From Myxococcota bacterium (GTDB lineage: Bacteria; Myxococcota_A; UBA9160; JAFDDA01): a stretch of 64,000 nt of DNA. The first letter of the stretch is position 1; every line of letters starts with the position of its first letter. Below, piece by piece: positions 1 to 9,766 of the stretch. The position numbers and the translations under genes were made by a program. The stretch is taken from positions 2,368,001-2,432,000 of the forward strand of contig OZ245817.1 of assembly GCA_965228475.1 (NCBI GenBank), in the 5' to 3' direction. Under the pieces are notes generated by a model that saw only the letters and a program-made list of their open reading frames with translations, ran no database searches and had not been told where the DNA came from.

Positions 1-364
1 CTTCGAGCGCTTCACGCCGATGGCGCCCTCACAGCCCGCGCCCTACGCGGCGCGCCTCGGCGACCGGCTCGACCATCTGCGATCGATGAATGCCACGCCC
101 GACGAGAGCAGGTTGGCCTCGCAGGGAGGGCAGCCGAGCGTCACGATTCGCTCGAGTGGTCGTTCGAATGTGGTCGAGACCACGACGCCCCATGGCGCCG
201 ACGGTCCGACCGTCGTCGATACCGTTCGCGTACGACCCCGGGGCTCGAACATCACCGAGTCTTGGACCGTCGTTCGCCAGGGCGACAAGATCATCTCCGT
301 CGTCCAGCCGCGCAGCCGACAGCAGGACTCGCGCTGGATCAAGGAGAGCGATCTCCTCGAGTAG
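1..364 (+). CDS. hypothetical protein, 5'-truncated by window edge
   Basis: Frame open from base 2 to TAG at 362-364; GC3-rich codons; followed by a terminator-like hairpin. No family recognised. Confidence 0.65.
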   Translation, partial: FERFTPMAPSQPAPYAARLGDRLDHLRSMNATPDESRLASQGGQPSVTIRSSGRSNVVETTTPHGADGPTVVDTVRVRPRGSNITESWTVVRQGDKIISVVQPRSRQQDSRWIKESDLLE

Positions 365-389
365 CGTACCGTCCAAGCTGAACCTGCTG

Positions 390-427
390 ACCCCGCGGTC
401 TCTCCGAGTCCGCGGGGTTTCTTTTCG
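390..427 (+). terminator. Rho-independent terminator
   Basis: Stem ACCCCGCGG (390-398) / CCGCGGGGT (410-418) followed by TTCTTTT, between convergent genes. Confidence 0.75.
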
Positions 428-434
428 TTGAGAC

Positions 435-1205
435 TCAGGCGTCGATCAGGGACGGCGCCTCGGCCGTGTGCAGCGCGGGCGTCCGCTCGTAGACGAAGCT
501 CTCGAGCTTGCGGGCGTCGCGTCCGTCGAGTTCGACGAAGCGCATGCCGAGGCCCATGCCGAAGGGCGAGTTCTCGGTGCCGTGCCACACGACCATGGCG
601 GTCGGGCTGAGCGCCTCGCGCAGCTCCGGGAGCTGGAACTGGACGCGCCACTCGCTGTGGGTCGGCAGGCGGAGGTCGGTGCGCACGAAGACGCCGCCGC
701 GCGAGAGGTTCACGGTGCGCACGCGGGCGGTCTTCTCGGAGAGGTAGATCGTGAGCGGCGCGTTCACGTCGACGCGGGGCAGGCCGCGCACGGTGGGCGA
801 GGCGAGGAAGCGGGTCACCGTCGCGAGCAGCTCGACACGCTGGAGCGGCTTGATCAGGACGTCGTCGGCGCCCGCGCGCACGGCGCGCACGCGGTCCACG
901 GGCGCGTCGCTCGGAAGCAGCATCACGAAGTGGGTCCCGGCGATCTCCGGGTCGGCCCGGACGGCGCGGCAGAGATCCACGCCGTCGGTGCCGGGCATGT
1001 CGAGGTCCGAGAGCACGAGCTTCGGGCGCTCGCGGCGGATGGTCTCGAGCGCTTCCGCGCCGCTGGCCGCCTGGAGCACGCGCCCGGCGCGGGCGAGGAA
1101 GAGGCTCGTCAGGTCGCGCATCATCGGGATGTCGTCGACGACGAGAATGGAGCGGGAGTCCACGGCAGCGCTGTCTTGCGGGGGGCCGTCAGGCCTTTCG
1201 CTCAT
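435..1205 (-). CDS. response regulator receiver + PilZ domain protein
   Basis: REC motifs ILVVDD, LSDLDMPG, IKP; C-terminal PilZ motifs RGLPR (RxxxR) and NLSRGG. Confidence 0.88.
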   Translation of the reverse strand: MSERPDGPPQDSAAVDSRSILVVDDIPMMRDLTSLFLARAGRVLQAASGAEALETIRRERPKLVLSDLDMPGTDGVDLCRAVRADPEIAGTHFVMLLPSDAPVDRVRAVRAGADDVLIKPLQRVELLATVTRFLASPTVRGLPRVDVNAPLTIYLSEKTARVRTVNLSRGGVFVRTDLRLPTHSEWRVQFQLPELREALSPTAMVVWHGTENSPFGMGLGMRFVELDGRDARKLESFVYERTPALHTAEAPSLIDA

Positions 1206-1765
1206 TGCGTTCCGCGGGAGCCCCCCGGCGCGGCCTTGGCCGGCGCCTGGCTGCCGCTCGTCCCCGAAGGCTCGATGGCGATGCCGAGCACGCGCTGGAA
1301 GCTCGTGAGGTCCGGCGAGACGTTCCAGCCCGAGCGGCCGCCGCTCGTCCAGGACTGCTCCTCGACGATGCGCTGCTCCACGAGCGTGCGCACGTCGTAC
1401 ACGTGGTAGACGACCTTCACGGTGGCGGTGTCGCCGCCCTCGTCGAAGAAGACCGGGCCGACGTCGAAGTCGGTGAAGCGCAGGCGCTGGAGGTCCGGAG
1501 CCAGGGCCAGGAACTCGGCGCGCTCCTCATCGGCGACGAAGCGGCTCGCCACCCCGAGCTCGCCCCAGCGAACCAGGTTGGCGTAGGTGCGCAGGCTGTC
1601 GTGGAAGGTCCCGTCGGTGTCCGCGACACTCGGCTGGTGCGTGCAGCCGGCGGCCAGCAGCAGGGCGGGCAGGGCGAGCCAGCGGCTGCCGCGTGCGATG
1701 CGTCGCGCAAGGTTCGTCCGCCCTTGGCTCGTCGGCTCCTGGCTCGTACGGGTTCGGTTCGTCAT
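1202..1765 (-). CDS. putative lipoprotein
   Basis: Start chosen at MTNRTR with an upstream GAGGAAGGG RBS; lipobox LAAGC; stop overlaps next start. Confidence 0.7.
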   Translation of the reverse strand: MTNRTRTSQEPTSQGRTNLARRIARGSRWLALPALLLAAGCTHQPSVADTDGTFHDSLRTYANLVRWGELGVASRFVADEERAEFLALAPDLQRLRFTDFDVGPVFFDEGGDTATVKVVYHVYDVRTLVEQRIVEEQSWTSGGRSGWNVSPDLTSFQRVLGIAIEPSGTSGSQAPAKAAPGGSRGTQ

Positions 1766-1775
1766 GGTTCCCTTC

Positions 1776-1819
1776 CTCGTGCGGCCTCGTGGCCATGCTC
1801 GTGTGGCCTCGTGGCCATG
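1776..1819. repeat. 22-bp tandem duplication (2 copies, 1 mismatch)
   Basis: CTCGTGCGGCCTCGTGGCCATG followed by CTCGTGTGGCCTCGTGGCCATG in a divergent intergenic region. Confidence 0.8.
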
Positions 1820-2004
1820 CGGGCGACCGGCAGACCGCGCCGAAGGCGCGCGCGCGCCGATAGCTTTCACTGGGGTCCGTATCGGCCGAACCGGGCCCGG
1901 ACTCCAGAGGGAACCGGCCGGAGGCAGCCAGGTTTTCCAAGGGTGCGGCGCGCCAGGGGAATCCGGCCCAGAATGGGCCGTTCGAATGGGTCGGGGAGGC
2001 GTTC

Positions 2005-3024
2005 GTGACACGGAGCCGGCGGGGCGGGAAGAGCGGCGGAGAAGGCCCGAGCGGGGCGGGCCGGGCCGGGCTCCGGCTCGGCTTCGACATCGGGGGGACC
2101 AAGGTCGCCGTGGCCCTCGGCGAAGGCGATCGGCTGCTCGCGCACCGGCGGGTGCCCTTTCCGGCGACGGGCGACCCGCGCGAAGACCTCGAGCGCATCA
2201 CGGATGCGGCCCGCGGCCTCCTGGCCGGCGCCGGCCGATCGGCGCGGCAGATCGAGGCGCTGGGGATCTCGGCCCCGGGCCCGCTCGACCCGGAAGCCGG
2301 CGTCATCCACAACCCGCCGAACCTGCCGGGCTGGCGGGACGTGCCGCTGACCGAATGGCTCGGCCAGTCCTTCGACGTGCCCGTCGCCCTCGAGAACGAC
2401 GCCGACGCCGCCGCCCTCGCCGAGTGGCGCTTCGGTGCGGCGCGCGGCGCACGCCACGCGGTCTACCTCACCATGTCGACGGGGGTCGGCGGGGGGCTCG
2501 TGCTCGGCGGGCGGCTGCACCGCGGGCAGGGGAGCGCCGGCGAGATCGGCCACGCCCCGATCGAGTGGGAGGGCGAGCCCTGCGTCTGCGGTCTCCGCGG
2601 GTGCCTCGAGGCCTACATCGGCGGCGCGGCCTGGACGCGTCGACTCCGCAAGGTCGCGCCCGAAGACGGCGCCGTGGCCGAAATGGCGGGCGGCCGCGAG
2701 GCCGTCTCGCCTGCGCACGTCCTGGCCGCCGCGCGCGAGCGCGACGCCTTCGCCCTCGAGGAGCTCGCGCGCTGGAACGGCTACCTCGCCCGCGGGATCG
2801 TCTGGCTGACGATGGTGCTCCAGCCCGAGGTCGTGGTGCTCGGCACGATCGCGACGGCCGCCGGCGAGGAACTCTGCTTCGCCCCGGTCCGCGAGGCGGT
2901 CGCCGCCCACGTCTGGCAGCGGGAGGGGATCGTCCCTCGCATCGTGCCCTCGGAGCTCGGCGATCTGCTCGGCGAGTACGCCGCGCTCGCCGCCGCGCCC
3001 GAGCCGGCCGGGCCGCCCCGCTAG
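2005..3024 (+). CDS. ROK family sugar kinase (glucokinase-like)
   Basis: GFDIGGTK, LENDA, TGVGGG, GEIGH, CxCGxxGCLE motifs. Confidence 0.92.
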   Translation: MTRSRRGGKSGGEGPSGAGRAGLRLGFDIGGTKVAVALGEGDRLLAHRRVPFPATGDPREDLERITDAARGLLAGAGRSARQIEALGISAPGPLDPEAGVIHNPPNLPGWRDVPLTEWLGQSFDVPVALENDADAAALAEWRFGAARGARHAVYLTMSTGVGGGLVLGGRLHRGQGSAGEIGHAPIEWEGEPCVCGLRGCLEAYIGGAAWTRRLRKVAPEDGAVAEMAGGREAVSPAHVLAAARERDAFALEELARWNGYLARGIVWLTMVLQPEVVVLGTIATAAGEELCFAPVREAVAAHVWQREGIVPRIVPSELGDLLGEYAALAAAPEPAGPPR

Positions 3025-4091
3025 GCCTCGCCGCCCTCGAGCTTCGCCCGCACGTCCTCGAGCAGCCGCATGTAGAAGCGCAGGTTGTGGAGCGAAGCGA
3101 GGCTCGCGCCGAGGGCCTCGCCCGTGTGGATCAGGTGGCGCAGGTAGGCGCGCGAGTGGCGCGCGCACACGGGGCAGTCGCAGGCGGGGTCCGGCGGCCC
3201 CTCGTCGTCCTTGAAGCGCGCGTTCTTGATGTGGAGGAGGCCCTCGCTCGTGAAGAGCACGCCGTGGCGGCCGTGGCGCGTCGGCAGCACGCAGTCGAAG
3301 AGGTCGACGCCGCGTTCGATCGCCGCGACGAGATCCTCCGGGCGCCCGAGCCCCATCAGGTAGCGGGGCTGATCGACCGGGAGTTCGGCGGTCGCTTCCG
3401 CGACCAGGTCCGCGCGCCGTTCGGGCTCCTCGCCGAGACCGAGCCCGCCGTGGGCGTAGCCGTCGAAGCCGATGGCGACGGTCGAGCGCGCGCTCTCGCG
3501 CCGCAGGGCCGCGTCCGCGCCGCCCTGGACGATCCCGAACACGCACTGGTCTGGCCGCTTGCGCGCCGCGGCCGCGCGCTCGGCCCAGCGCAGCGTGCGC
3601 TCGGTGGCCGCGCGGACCTCGGCGGCCTCCGCATCGATCGGCGGGCACTGGTCGAGCACCATGGCGACGTCCGGCCCGAGCGCCTCCTGGATGCCGACGA
3701 CCGACTCCGGCGTGAGCAGGCGCCGCGCGCCGTCGAGGGGCGATTGGAAGGTCACGCCTTCTTCGCGGAGCTTCATGCGGTCGCCGAGGGAGAAGACCTG
3801 GTAGCCGCCGCTGTCCGTGAGCCAGGGGCCGCGCCAGCCCGTGAAGCCGTGCAGACCGCCGAGCCCGCGCACGCGCTCTTCGCCCGGGCGCTCGTGCAGG
3901 TGGTAGGTGTTCGCGAGCAGGATCTGGGCGCCGATCCCTTCGAGCGCTTCCGGGCCGAGCCCGCGCACCGCGCCGTAGGTGGCGACGGGCATGAAGGCCG
4001 GCGTCTCGACCGTGCCGTGGGGCGTCGTGAAGCGGCCGCGCCGGGCCGCGCCCTTCGTCGCGAGGACCTCGAAGGAGAAGCCCTCTCTCAT
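3021..4091 (-). CDS. tgt: queuine tRNA-ribosyltransferase
   Basis: TPAFMPV, ANTYHL, DSGGYQ, GIVQGG, YLMGLG, DCVLPTR, CDCPVC...H Zn site; real start at MREGFSF inside the long ORF. Confidence 0.97.
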   Translation of the reverse strand: MREGFSFEVLATKGAARRGRFTTPHGTVETPAFMPVATYGAVRGLGPEALEGIGAQILLANTYHLHERPGEERVRGLGGLHGFTGWRGPWLTDSGGYQVFSLGDRMKLREEGVTFQSPLDGARRLLTPESVVGIQEALGPDVAMVLDQCPPIDAEAAEVRAATERTLRWAERAAAARKRPDQCVFGIVQGGADAALRRESARSTVAIGFDGYAHGGLGLGEEPERRADLVAEATAELPVDQPRYLMGLGRPEDLVAAIERGVDLFDCVLPTRHGRHGVLFTSEGLLHIKNARFKDDEGPPDPACDCPVCARHSRAYLRHLIHTGEALGASLASLHNLRFYMRLLEDVRAKLEGGEA

Positions 4092-5173
4092 GCGGGCGCC
4101 TCGCCGCGGCACGGAAGGATGAACATGGCGTCGCCGTAGGAGAAGAAGCGGTAGCCGCCGGTCACCGCCTCGGCGTAGGCCGAGAGGATGCGCTTCCGCC
4201 CGCAGAAGGCCGCGACGAGCATGAGCAGGGACGAGCGCGGCAGGTGGAAGTTCGTGAGCAGGCCGTCGACGACGGAGAAGGCGTCGCCCGGGCGCAGGAA
4301 GAGGTCGGTCGTGCCGGAGCCGGCGCGGACGCCGCCCCGGCCATCGGCCTGGCTCTCGAGCACGCGCGTGACCGTCGTCCCCACGGCGATCACGCGGCCG
4401 CCGGCCGCGCGCGTGCGGGCGATGGCTTCGGCCGTGGTTTCGGGCAGGACGAAGCGCTCTTCGTGCAGCCGGCCCTCGCCGAGCTCGCGGGCGCCGATCG
4501 GGCGGAACGTCCCGGCGCCCACGTGGAGCGTCACGCTCGCGCGTTCGACGCCGCGCTGGGCGAGCTCGGCGAGCAGGGCCGGGGAGAGGTGCAGGCCGGC
4601 GGTCGGCGCGGCCACCGCGCCGGGCGCTTCGGCGAAGACGGTCTGGTACCGCTCCTCGTCGCGGGCGTCGGCCCGGGTTCGCTCGATGTAGGGCGGAAGC
4701 GGCATCTCGCCGAGAGCGTAGGGGTCGGCGCCGGCGGCGAAGACGAGCCGGACCTCGCCGTTCTCGTGGCGCGCCGTGATCTCTGCGTCCACGCGCTCGC
4801 TGCCGCGCTCGAAGGTGAACTTCTGGCCTTCGCGCAGGCGTCCGCGGCAGCGCACCAGGGCCCGGAACGCGCCGCCGCCTTCGGCGCCGAGCAGCAGCGC
4901 CTCGGCCGCGCCGCCGGATTCCTTCCGTCCGCGCAGGCGTGCCCGAAGCACCCGGGTCGTGTTCACGACGAGCAGGTCTCCCGCCCGCAGCCAGCGCGGC
5001 AGCTCGACCACCTTGGCGTGGGCTTCGACGCCGCCCTCCCGGGCGAGCACGAGCAGGCGCCCGCCGTCGCGCTCGCTCGGCGGCTCCTGGGCGATCTGTT
5101 CGGGCGGCAGCGTGAAGTCGAAGCGGTCGAGCTCGGCCTCGGCGGCCCGCTCCTCGGGGCTCGGCGCGTCCAT
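4088..5173 (-). CDS. queA: S-adenosylmethionine:tRNA ribosyltransferase-isomerase
   Basis: FDFTLP-IAQEP, PLPPYI, YQTVFA, AAPTAGLH, LHVGAGTF, TNFHLPRSSL, YRFFSYGDAM. Confidence 0.98.
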   Translation of the reverse strand: MDAPSPEERAAEAELDRFDFTLPPEQIAQEPPSERDGGRLLVLAREGGVEAHAKVVELPRWLRAGDLLVVNTTRVLRARLRGRKESGGAAEALLLGAEGGGAFRALVRCRGRLREGQKFTFERGSERVDAEITARHENGEVRLVFAAGADPYALGEMPLPPYIERTRADARDEERYQTVFAEAPGAVAAPTAGLHLSPALLAELAQRGVERASVTLHVGAGTFRPIGARELGEGRLHEERFVLPETTAEAIARTRAAGGRVIAVGTTVTRVLESQADGRGGVRAGSGTTDLFLRPGDAFSVVDGLLTNFHLPRSSLLMLVAAFCGRKRILSAYAEAVTGGYRFFSYGDAMFILPCRGEAPA

Positions 5174-6456
5174 CAGTGCGCGCCACCGGCGACGTCCGGG
5201 CGGGGCTCCACGCGAAACGCGTCGCGCAGCGCGGGCGAGGCCGCGAGGGCGTCCCAGGAAAAGAGCACCCGGCCCCGGGCGCCGAAGTCATCGACGGTGC
5301 GGAGCTGGGCTGCGGCCCCTTCGGGCGTGCGGCGGAAGAGCCAGGCGCCGAGCCCGATCCAGATGCGATCGCCGGCCACGCCGCCGACGAAGGCGCCGGC
5401 CTGGTAGCGCAGGAGCCGCTCGTCGCGCGTGTAGAGCATGGGGACCGCGAAGTGGAGGTGGCCCGCGTCGAGCCAGCCGAGCCAGTCCTGGTAGACGGAG
5501 AGGTAGGCCCGGTCCGTCCAGGCGAAGACGGCGGCCGAGAGCTTCGCGGCGGGAGCGTCCGCCTCGAGCTGCTCGCGGAGACCGCCGACCAGCCGCGCGA
5601 GCTCGGCGCGCCGCCAGTCGTCCCAGGCGTTCGCGTTCGTGAGCACGTCGCCGAAGGGCGCATCGAGGCCCGTCGCTTCCTTGAAGCGCGCCCGGGTCGC
5701 CTCGCCGTAGCCGAAGTCCATGCCGACGCCGAAGCGCGAGCCGGGCGCGAAGGGCAGGACGTCCGGGTAGCGGATGTAGTCGAGGTGGAGCCCATCGAGG
5801 CTCGGGTAACGCTTGAAGAGTTCGGCCACGAGCCCGCGGTACCACGAGGAAACCCCGGGCGCCGCCGGGTCGAGCCAGATCGCCGGCGTGCCCATGCGCA
5901 GGTGGGGCGCCTCGGGCTCGGGCATCTCCATCTCCGGGTAGGAGAGGATCGAGCGTCCGCGGCGGTCGACGTGGAGGACGCCCTCGCCGAGTGCGCGCAC
6001 GATCGCCGCCTCCGTGTTGTCCGAGAGCGAGAGCACGTTGATCCAGGCATGCACGCGGAGGCCCGCCGCGTGCGCCGCGGCGAGGAGCGCCGCGAGCGGG
6101 TCCGGCGATTCCGCACCGGCCGCCGCGCGCGCGGCCTGCCAGGCCTCGGCCGGCTCGGCGACGTCGCTCGGCCACCACGCGACCCCGCGCCGGTAGACCT
6201 GGACGAAGAGGTCCGTCGCCCCGACGGCGCGTGCATCCTCGATCAGGGAAGGGATGCGCTCCGGGCGTTCGAGCACGCGCTGGGAGCCTTCGGCGAGCAC
6301 CCAGAGGCCGAGGGGCGTCGGCGTCGCGGCTTCGGCCGCCGCGGGGCGGGGGAGGGGAGGTGCCGGCTTCGCCGCGTCGCCCGCAGCGGGGCCGGGCGCC
6401 GCGAACAGTGCGCAGGCCAGAACGGCTCGGATGCGAAGTCGGGCAAGGGCGCGCAA
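5173..6456 (-). CDS. exported GHL10/DUF187 (YddW/DigH-like) glycoside hydrolase
   Basis: Signal peptide; FVQV..RG, DPL..AHAAGLRVHAW, WLDP, YPSLDGLHLDYIRYP, QDW..W, PMLY. Start uncertain. Confidence 0.85.
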   Translation of the reverse strand: MRALARLRIRAVLACALFAAPGPAAGDAAKPAPPLPRPAAAEAATPTPLGLWVLAEGSQRVLERPERIPSLIEDARAVGATDLFVQVYRRGVAWWPSDVAEPAEAWQAARAAAGAESPDPLAALLAAAHAAGLRVHAWINVLSLSDNTEAAIVRALGEGVLHVDRRGRSILSYPEMEMPEPEAPHLRMGTPAIWLDPAAPGVSSWYRGLVAELFKRYPSLDGLHLDYIRYPDVLPFAPGSRFGVGMDFGYGEATRARFKEATGLDAPFGDVLTNANAWDDWRRAELARLVGGLREQLEADAPAAKLSAAVFAWTDRAYLSVYQDWLGWLDAGHLHFAVPMLYTRDERLLRYQAGAFVGGVAGDRIWIGLGAWLFRRTPEGAAAQLRTVDDFGARGRVLFSWDALAASPALRDAFRVEPRPDVAGGAH

Positions 6457-6625
6457 GGCGGTCGGAACCTACCCGAGGGGGAAGGCCGTCACAAACGCGC
6501 GAGACGGCGCCGCGCCCGCTGCCTCATGGCCGCGATGCGGCGCGATGTTTGCGGCTCGGGGAAAGCGATGGCCGGCCTGCGGTGGGTCGTTGACAGGGCC
6601 GGTGGGCCCCGCACACTCGGTGCCG

Positions 6626-8695
6626 ATGCGCCGCCGCCCGTCCCTGCTCGCTTCGTCGTCGACCGTGGGTTCGCTCCTCGCACTCGCCTGCATCGCGGCG
6701 GGTCTTCAGGGTTCGCCGCTCGCCGCCGCGTCGACCGAGCCCGCCACGCCGGATGCGCTGCTCTCGCGCCCGGGCTGGGCGCTGCGCGCGGGCGTCGCCG
6801 CGTACCGCGCGGAGGACGACGCGCGCGCCCTCGAGATCCTCGGACACGTCGCGAAGCGGCACGAGATCGTCGGCGACCACGCCGAGCTCCTCCGCCTGCG
6901 CATCCTGGCGCGCGGGGACGACCCGGCCGCCGCCGCCGAGGCCGCCCGCGCGGCCGTGGCGCGCTACGGCAAGGGCCCGCTCGGCTCCCGGCTCGAGGAG
7001 GCCGCCGGCAGCGCCCACCGCGCCGCCGGGGACGAAGAGGCCGCCCGCGCCGCGTGGCAGCGCGCCTACGACCTCACCGACCGCTCCGTCGACCGCGCGC
7101 GGCTCCTGCGCTCGCTCGCGGAATCCTACGACCGGAGCGGCATGCTCGAGGCCGCCGCCGAGCGCTGGCTCGAGATCTGGAAGCGCTACCCGCTCTCGCC
7201 GGGGGGCGACCCGGCGGAGGTCCGCCTGCGCGAGATCGAAGCGGCGCTCGGGAAGAGCGATCGCAAGGGTATGGACTATCGCAAGCGCGGCGACTCCTTC
7301 CGCTCGCTCGGCCACAACGCCCAGGCGATCGTCGCCTACGAGAAGGCGATCGCGAGCGGCGATCTGAAGCCCCGTGATCAACGACGTGCCCAGCGAAGCC
7401 GCGCCCAGTCGATGTTCGCCCTGCGCCGCTACGAAGAGGCAATCCCCGCCTTCGAGGCGCTCGCCCCGGATCCGAGCTCACGCGTCTGGCGTGCGCGCTC
7501 GGTGGCGCGCAACGGCGATGTGCTCGGTGCGGTCGAAGCGCTCGAGAAGATCGCCGGCGAAGGCTGGGGCAAGACCTCGGTGTATGCCCGCTACCTCGCC
7601 GCACTGCTGCTCGTGGACGAAGACGAATCCGAGCAGCCCCGGGCCCGGCGCCACTTCGAGAAGATCGCCGGCGAATCCGCCTACCCGCGCTACGCGAACC
7701 CCTCGGTCTGGTACCTCGGCTGGACGTCCTGGCGGGAGGGCCGCTACGAGGAGGCGCGCAAGCAGTTCGCCCTGCTCGCGGCGCGGCTCGAGAAGGACCC
7801 GATCGGCCGCCTGCGCGCGCGCTACTGGGAAGCCCGCGCCGCCGAGAAGCTCGCAGACCCGGCCGCCGAAGCGAGCTTCACCGCCATCGCTCGCGAGTTC
7901 CCGCTCACCTACTACGGCTGGCGCGCCCAGAAGCGCATCACGTCCTTCGAGCCCGTTCCGCCGAAGCCGCTCGAAGCCGGCCGCCGCGCGGTCACGACCG
8001 GCGACCTCGCCCGGGCGCGCATCCTGCTCGAGGCCGATCTCGAAGACGAGGCCGTCCGCGAGCTCCTGCGCCAGGCCGGCCGCGCGAAGGGGCTCGCCGA
8101 CCGCATCGAGATCGCCCGGCTCCTCGCCGACGCCGGCGCCTACAACCGGGCCCAGGGCATGATCCTGCGCCCCTACCGGACGGATCTCGCGCGCGGCGTC
8201 GTCCCCGGCCAGGAGGAGGCGTGGTGGCTCGCCTGGCCCGCGGCGTTCTCGCCGGAGATCGAGGAGCTCTCGCCCGCGGATTCGAGCGTGGATGCCGCGG
8301 TCGTCTCGGCCGTGATGCGCGAGGAGAGCGGCTACCGCCCGGGCGTGACGTCGCCGGCCGGAGCGCGCGGGCTGCTCCAGATCATGCCGAAGACCGGCGA
8401 GCGCCTCGCGCGTCAGGCCGGGCTCGGCGGCTTCCATCCGGACCAGCTCTACCGCCCGCGTGTGAACATCCAGCTCGGGAGCTTCTACCTCGATCAGCTC
8501 ACGCGCGAGTTCTCGGGCCGGCTCGAGGCGGCCATCGCGAGCTACAACGCCGGGCCGGCAGCCGCCGCGCGCTGGACGGCGGAGCAGCCGGGGCTCGAAG
8601 ACGACGAGTGGGTCGAGGCCGTTCCGTACTCCCAGACGCGGGCCTACGTGAAGCGCGTGCTGCGAAGCGTCCACGCCTACCGCGTGCTCTACTGA
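6626..8695 (+). CDS. soluble lytic murein transglycosylase with TPR-like repeats (Slt-like)
   Basis: C-terminal SLT motifs REESGY, GARGLLQIMP, ASYNAGP, EAVPYSQTRAYVKRV; N-terminal signal and helical repeats. Confidence 0.92.
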   Translation: MRRRPSLLASSSTVGSLLALACIAAGLQGSPLAAASTEPATPDALLSRPGWALRAGVAAYRAEDDARALEILGHVAKRHEIVGDHAELLRLRILARGDDPAAAAEAARAAVARYGKGPLGSRLEEAAGSAHRAAGDEEAARAAWQRAYDLTDRSVDRARLLRSLAESYDRSGMLEAAAERWLEIWKRYPLSPGGDPAEVRLREIEAALGKSDRKGMDYRKRGDSFRSLGHNAQAIVAYEKAIASGDLKPRDQRRAQRSRAQSMFALRRYEEAIPAFEALAPDPSSRVWRARSVARNGDVLGAVEALEKIAGEGWGKTSVYARYLAALLLVDEDESEQPRARRHFEKIAGESAYPRYANPSVWYLGWTSWREGRYEEARKQFALLAARLEKDPIGRLRARYWEARAAEKLADPAAEASFTAIAREFPLTYYGWRAQKRITSFEPVPPKPLEAGRRAVTTGDLARARILLEADLEDEAVRELLRQAGRAKGLADRIEIARLLADAGAYNRAQGMILRPYRTDLARGVVPGQEEAWWLAWPAAFSPEIEELSPADSSVDAAVVSAVMREESGYRPGVTSPAGARGLLQIMPKTGERLARQAGLGGFHPDQLYRPRVNIQLGSFYLDQLTREFSGRLEAAIASYNAGPAAAARWTAEQPGLEDDEWVEAVPYSQTRAYVKRVLRSVHAYRVLY

Positions 8696-8703
8696 GAGAC
8701 GCG

Positions 8704-9720
8704 ATGTCGCCCGAATCCGCAGCCGAGGACGAAGACGCGCCGCTCTGGCCTTCGCTGCGCAGCCGGGAGGATGCCGCCTGCGACGTCGTGGGCGTCGGCG
8801 AGTGCGCGATCGACCACGTCGGGACCCTCGAGGGGGGTCTCCCGGACTTCGCGGGCAAGCGCCCCCTCGCGGGCTATCAGCGCATGCCGGGCGGGCAGGT
8901 CGCGACGACCCTCGGCGGCGTCGCGCGGCTCGGCCTGCGGGCCCGCTTCATCGGCGCCGTGGGCGACGACGGCGCGGCGCGGGACGTGCAGCGGCCCCTC
9001 GCCGAGGCCGGCGTCGACCTCTCCTGCGTGAAGACCGTGCCGGGCGCGCCGACGCAGATGGCGATGATCCTCGTCGATTCGGCCTCGGGCGAGCGCACGC
9101 TCGTCTGGTACCGCGACCCGGCGCTGGCGCTCGGGCCGGGCGACCTGCCCGGCGGCTGCATCGAGGATGCGCGCGCCCTGCACGTCGACACCGGGCACCT
9201 GGACGCGGCCACCGCCGCGGCGGAGCGGGCGAGGGCGGCGGGCATCCCCGTCGTACTCGATGCCGACGCCCCGCTCCCGGGCCTCGAGCGGCTCCTGCGC
9301 TCGGTGGATTTCCCGATAGTTTCCGAGTCGTTCGCCGATGCTTCCTCAGGAAGTGCCTCCATTTCCGCGGCGCTCGATGCGCTGGTCGGGAACGGGGCGC
9401 GGATGGCGGTGATGACGCTCGGCGAGCGCGGTGCCGTCGCGAAGATCGGCGGGCGCCTGCTGCGCTCCCCGGGTTTCGTGGTGGAGCCCCGCGATACGAC
9501 CGGCGCCGGAGACGCCTTCCGCGCGGGCTTCTTGATGGGCTTGCTCGAGGGCGCGAACGCCGAGCGGACCCTCGAGTGGGCCCACGCCGTGGCCGCGTGC
9601 AACTGCATGGGCTTCGGCGCCCAGGGAGGGTTGCCCGACCGGGCCGCCCTCGAAACGTTCCTCGCCGCGCATCCGCGTCAGCCCTGGCGGGAGCCGCCGG
9701 GCCTGGAAGCGGGGGCCTAG
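8704..9720 (+). CDS. PfkB family carbohydrate kinase
   Basis: PGGQVAT, GAVGDD, TLGERG, DTTGAGDAF. Confidence 0.92.
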   Translation: MSPESAAEDEDAPLWPSLRSREDAACDVVGVGECAIDHVGTLEGGLPDFAGKRPLAGYQRMPGGQVATTLGGVARLGLRARFIGAVGDDGAARDVQRPLAEAGVDLSCVKTVPGAPTQMAMILVDSASGERTLVWYRDPALALGPGDLPGGCIEDARALHVDTGHLDAATAAAERARAAGIPVVLDADAPLPGLERLLRSVDFPIVSESFADASSGSASISAALDALVGNGARMAVMTLGERGAVAKIGGRLLRSPGFVVEPRDTTGAGDAFRAGFLMGLLEGANAERTLEWAHAVAACNCMGFGAQGGLPDRAALETFLAAHPRQPWREPPGLEAGA

Positions 9721-9766
9721 AGCGGACGCACGCGCAGGCGCTGCGGCGGCCGCGGAGGCGAACGCC

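Noticed and set aside
3021..3024. Convergent genes sharing a CTAG double stop (also 29173 and 38649)
   Set aside because: A common consequence of TAG stop usage in compact genomes; no evidence of a special function.
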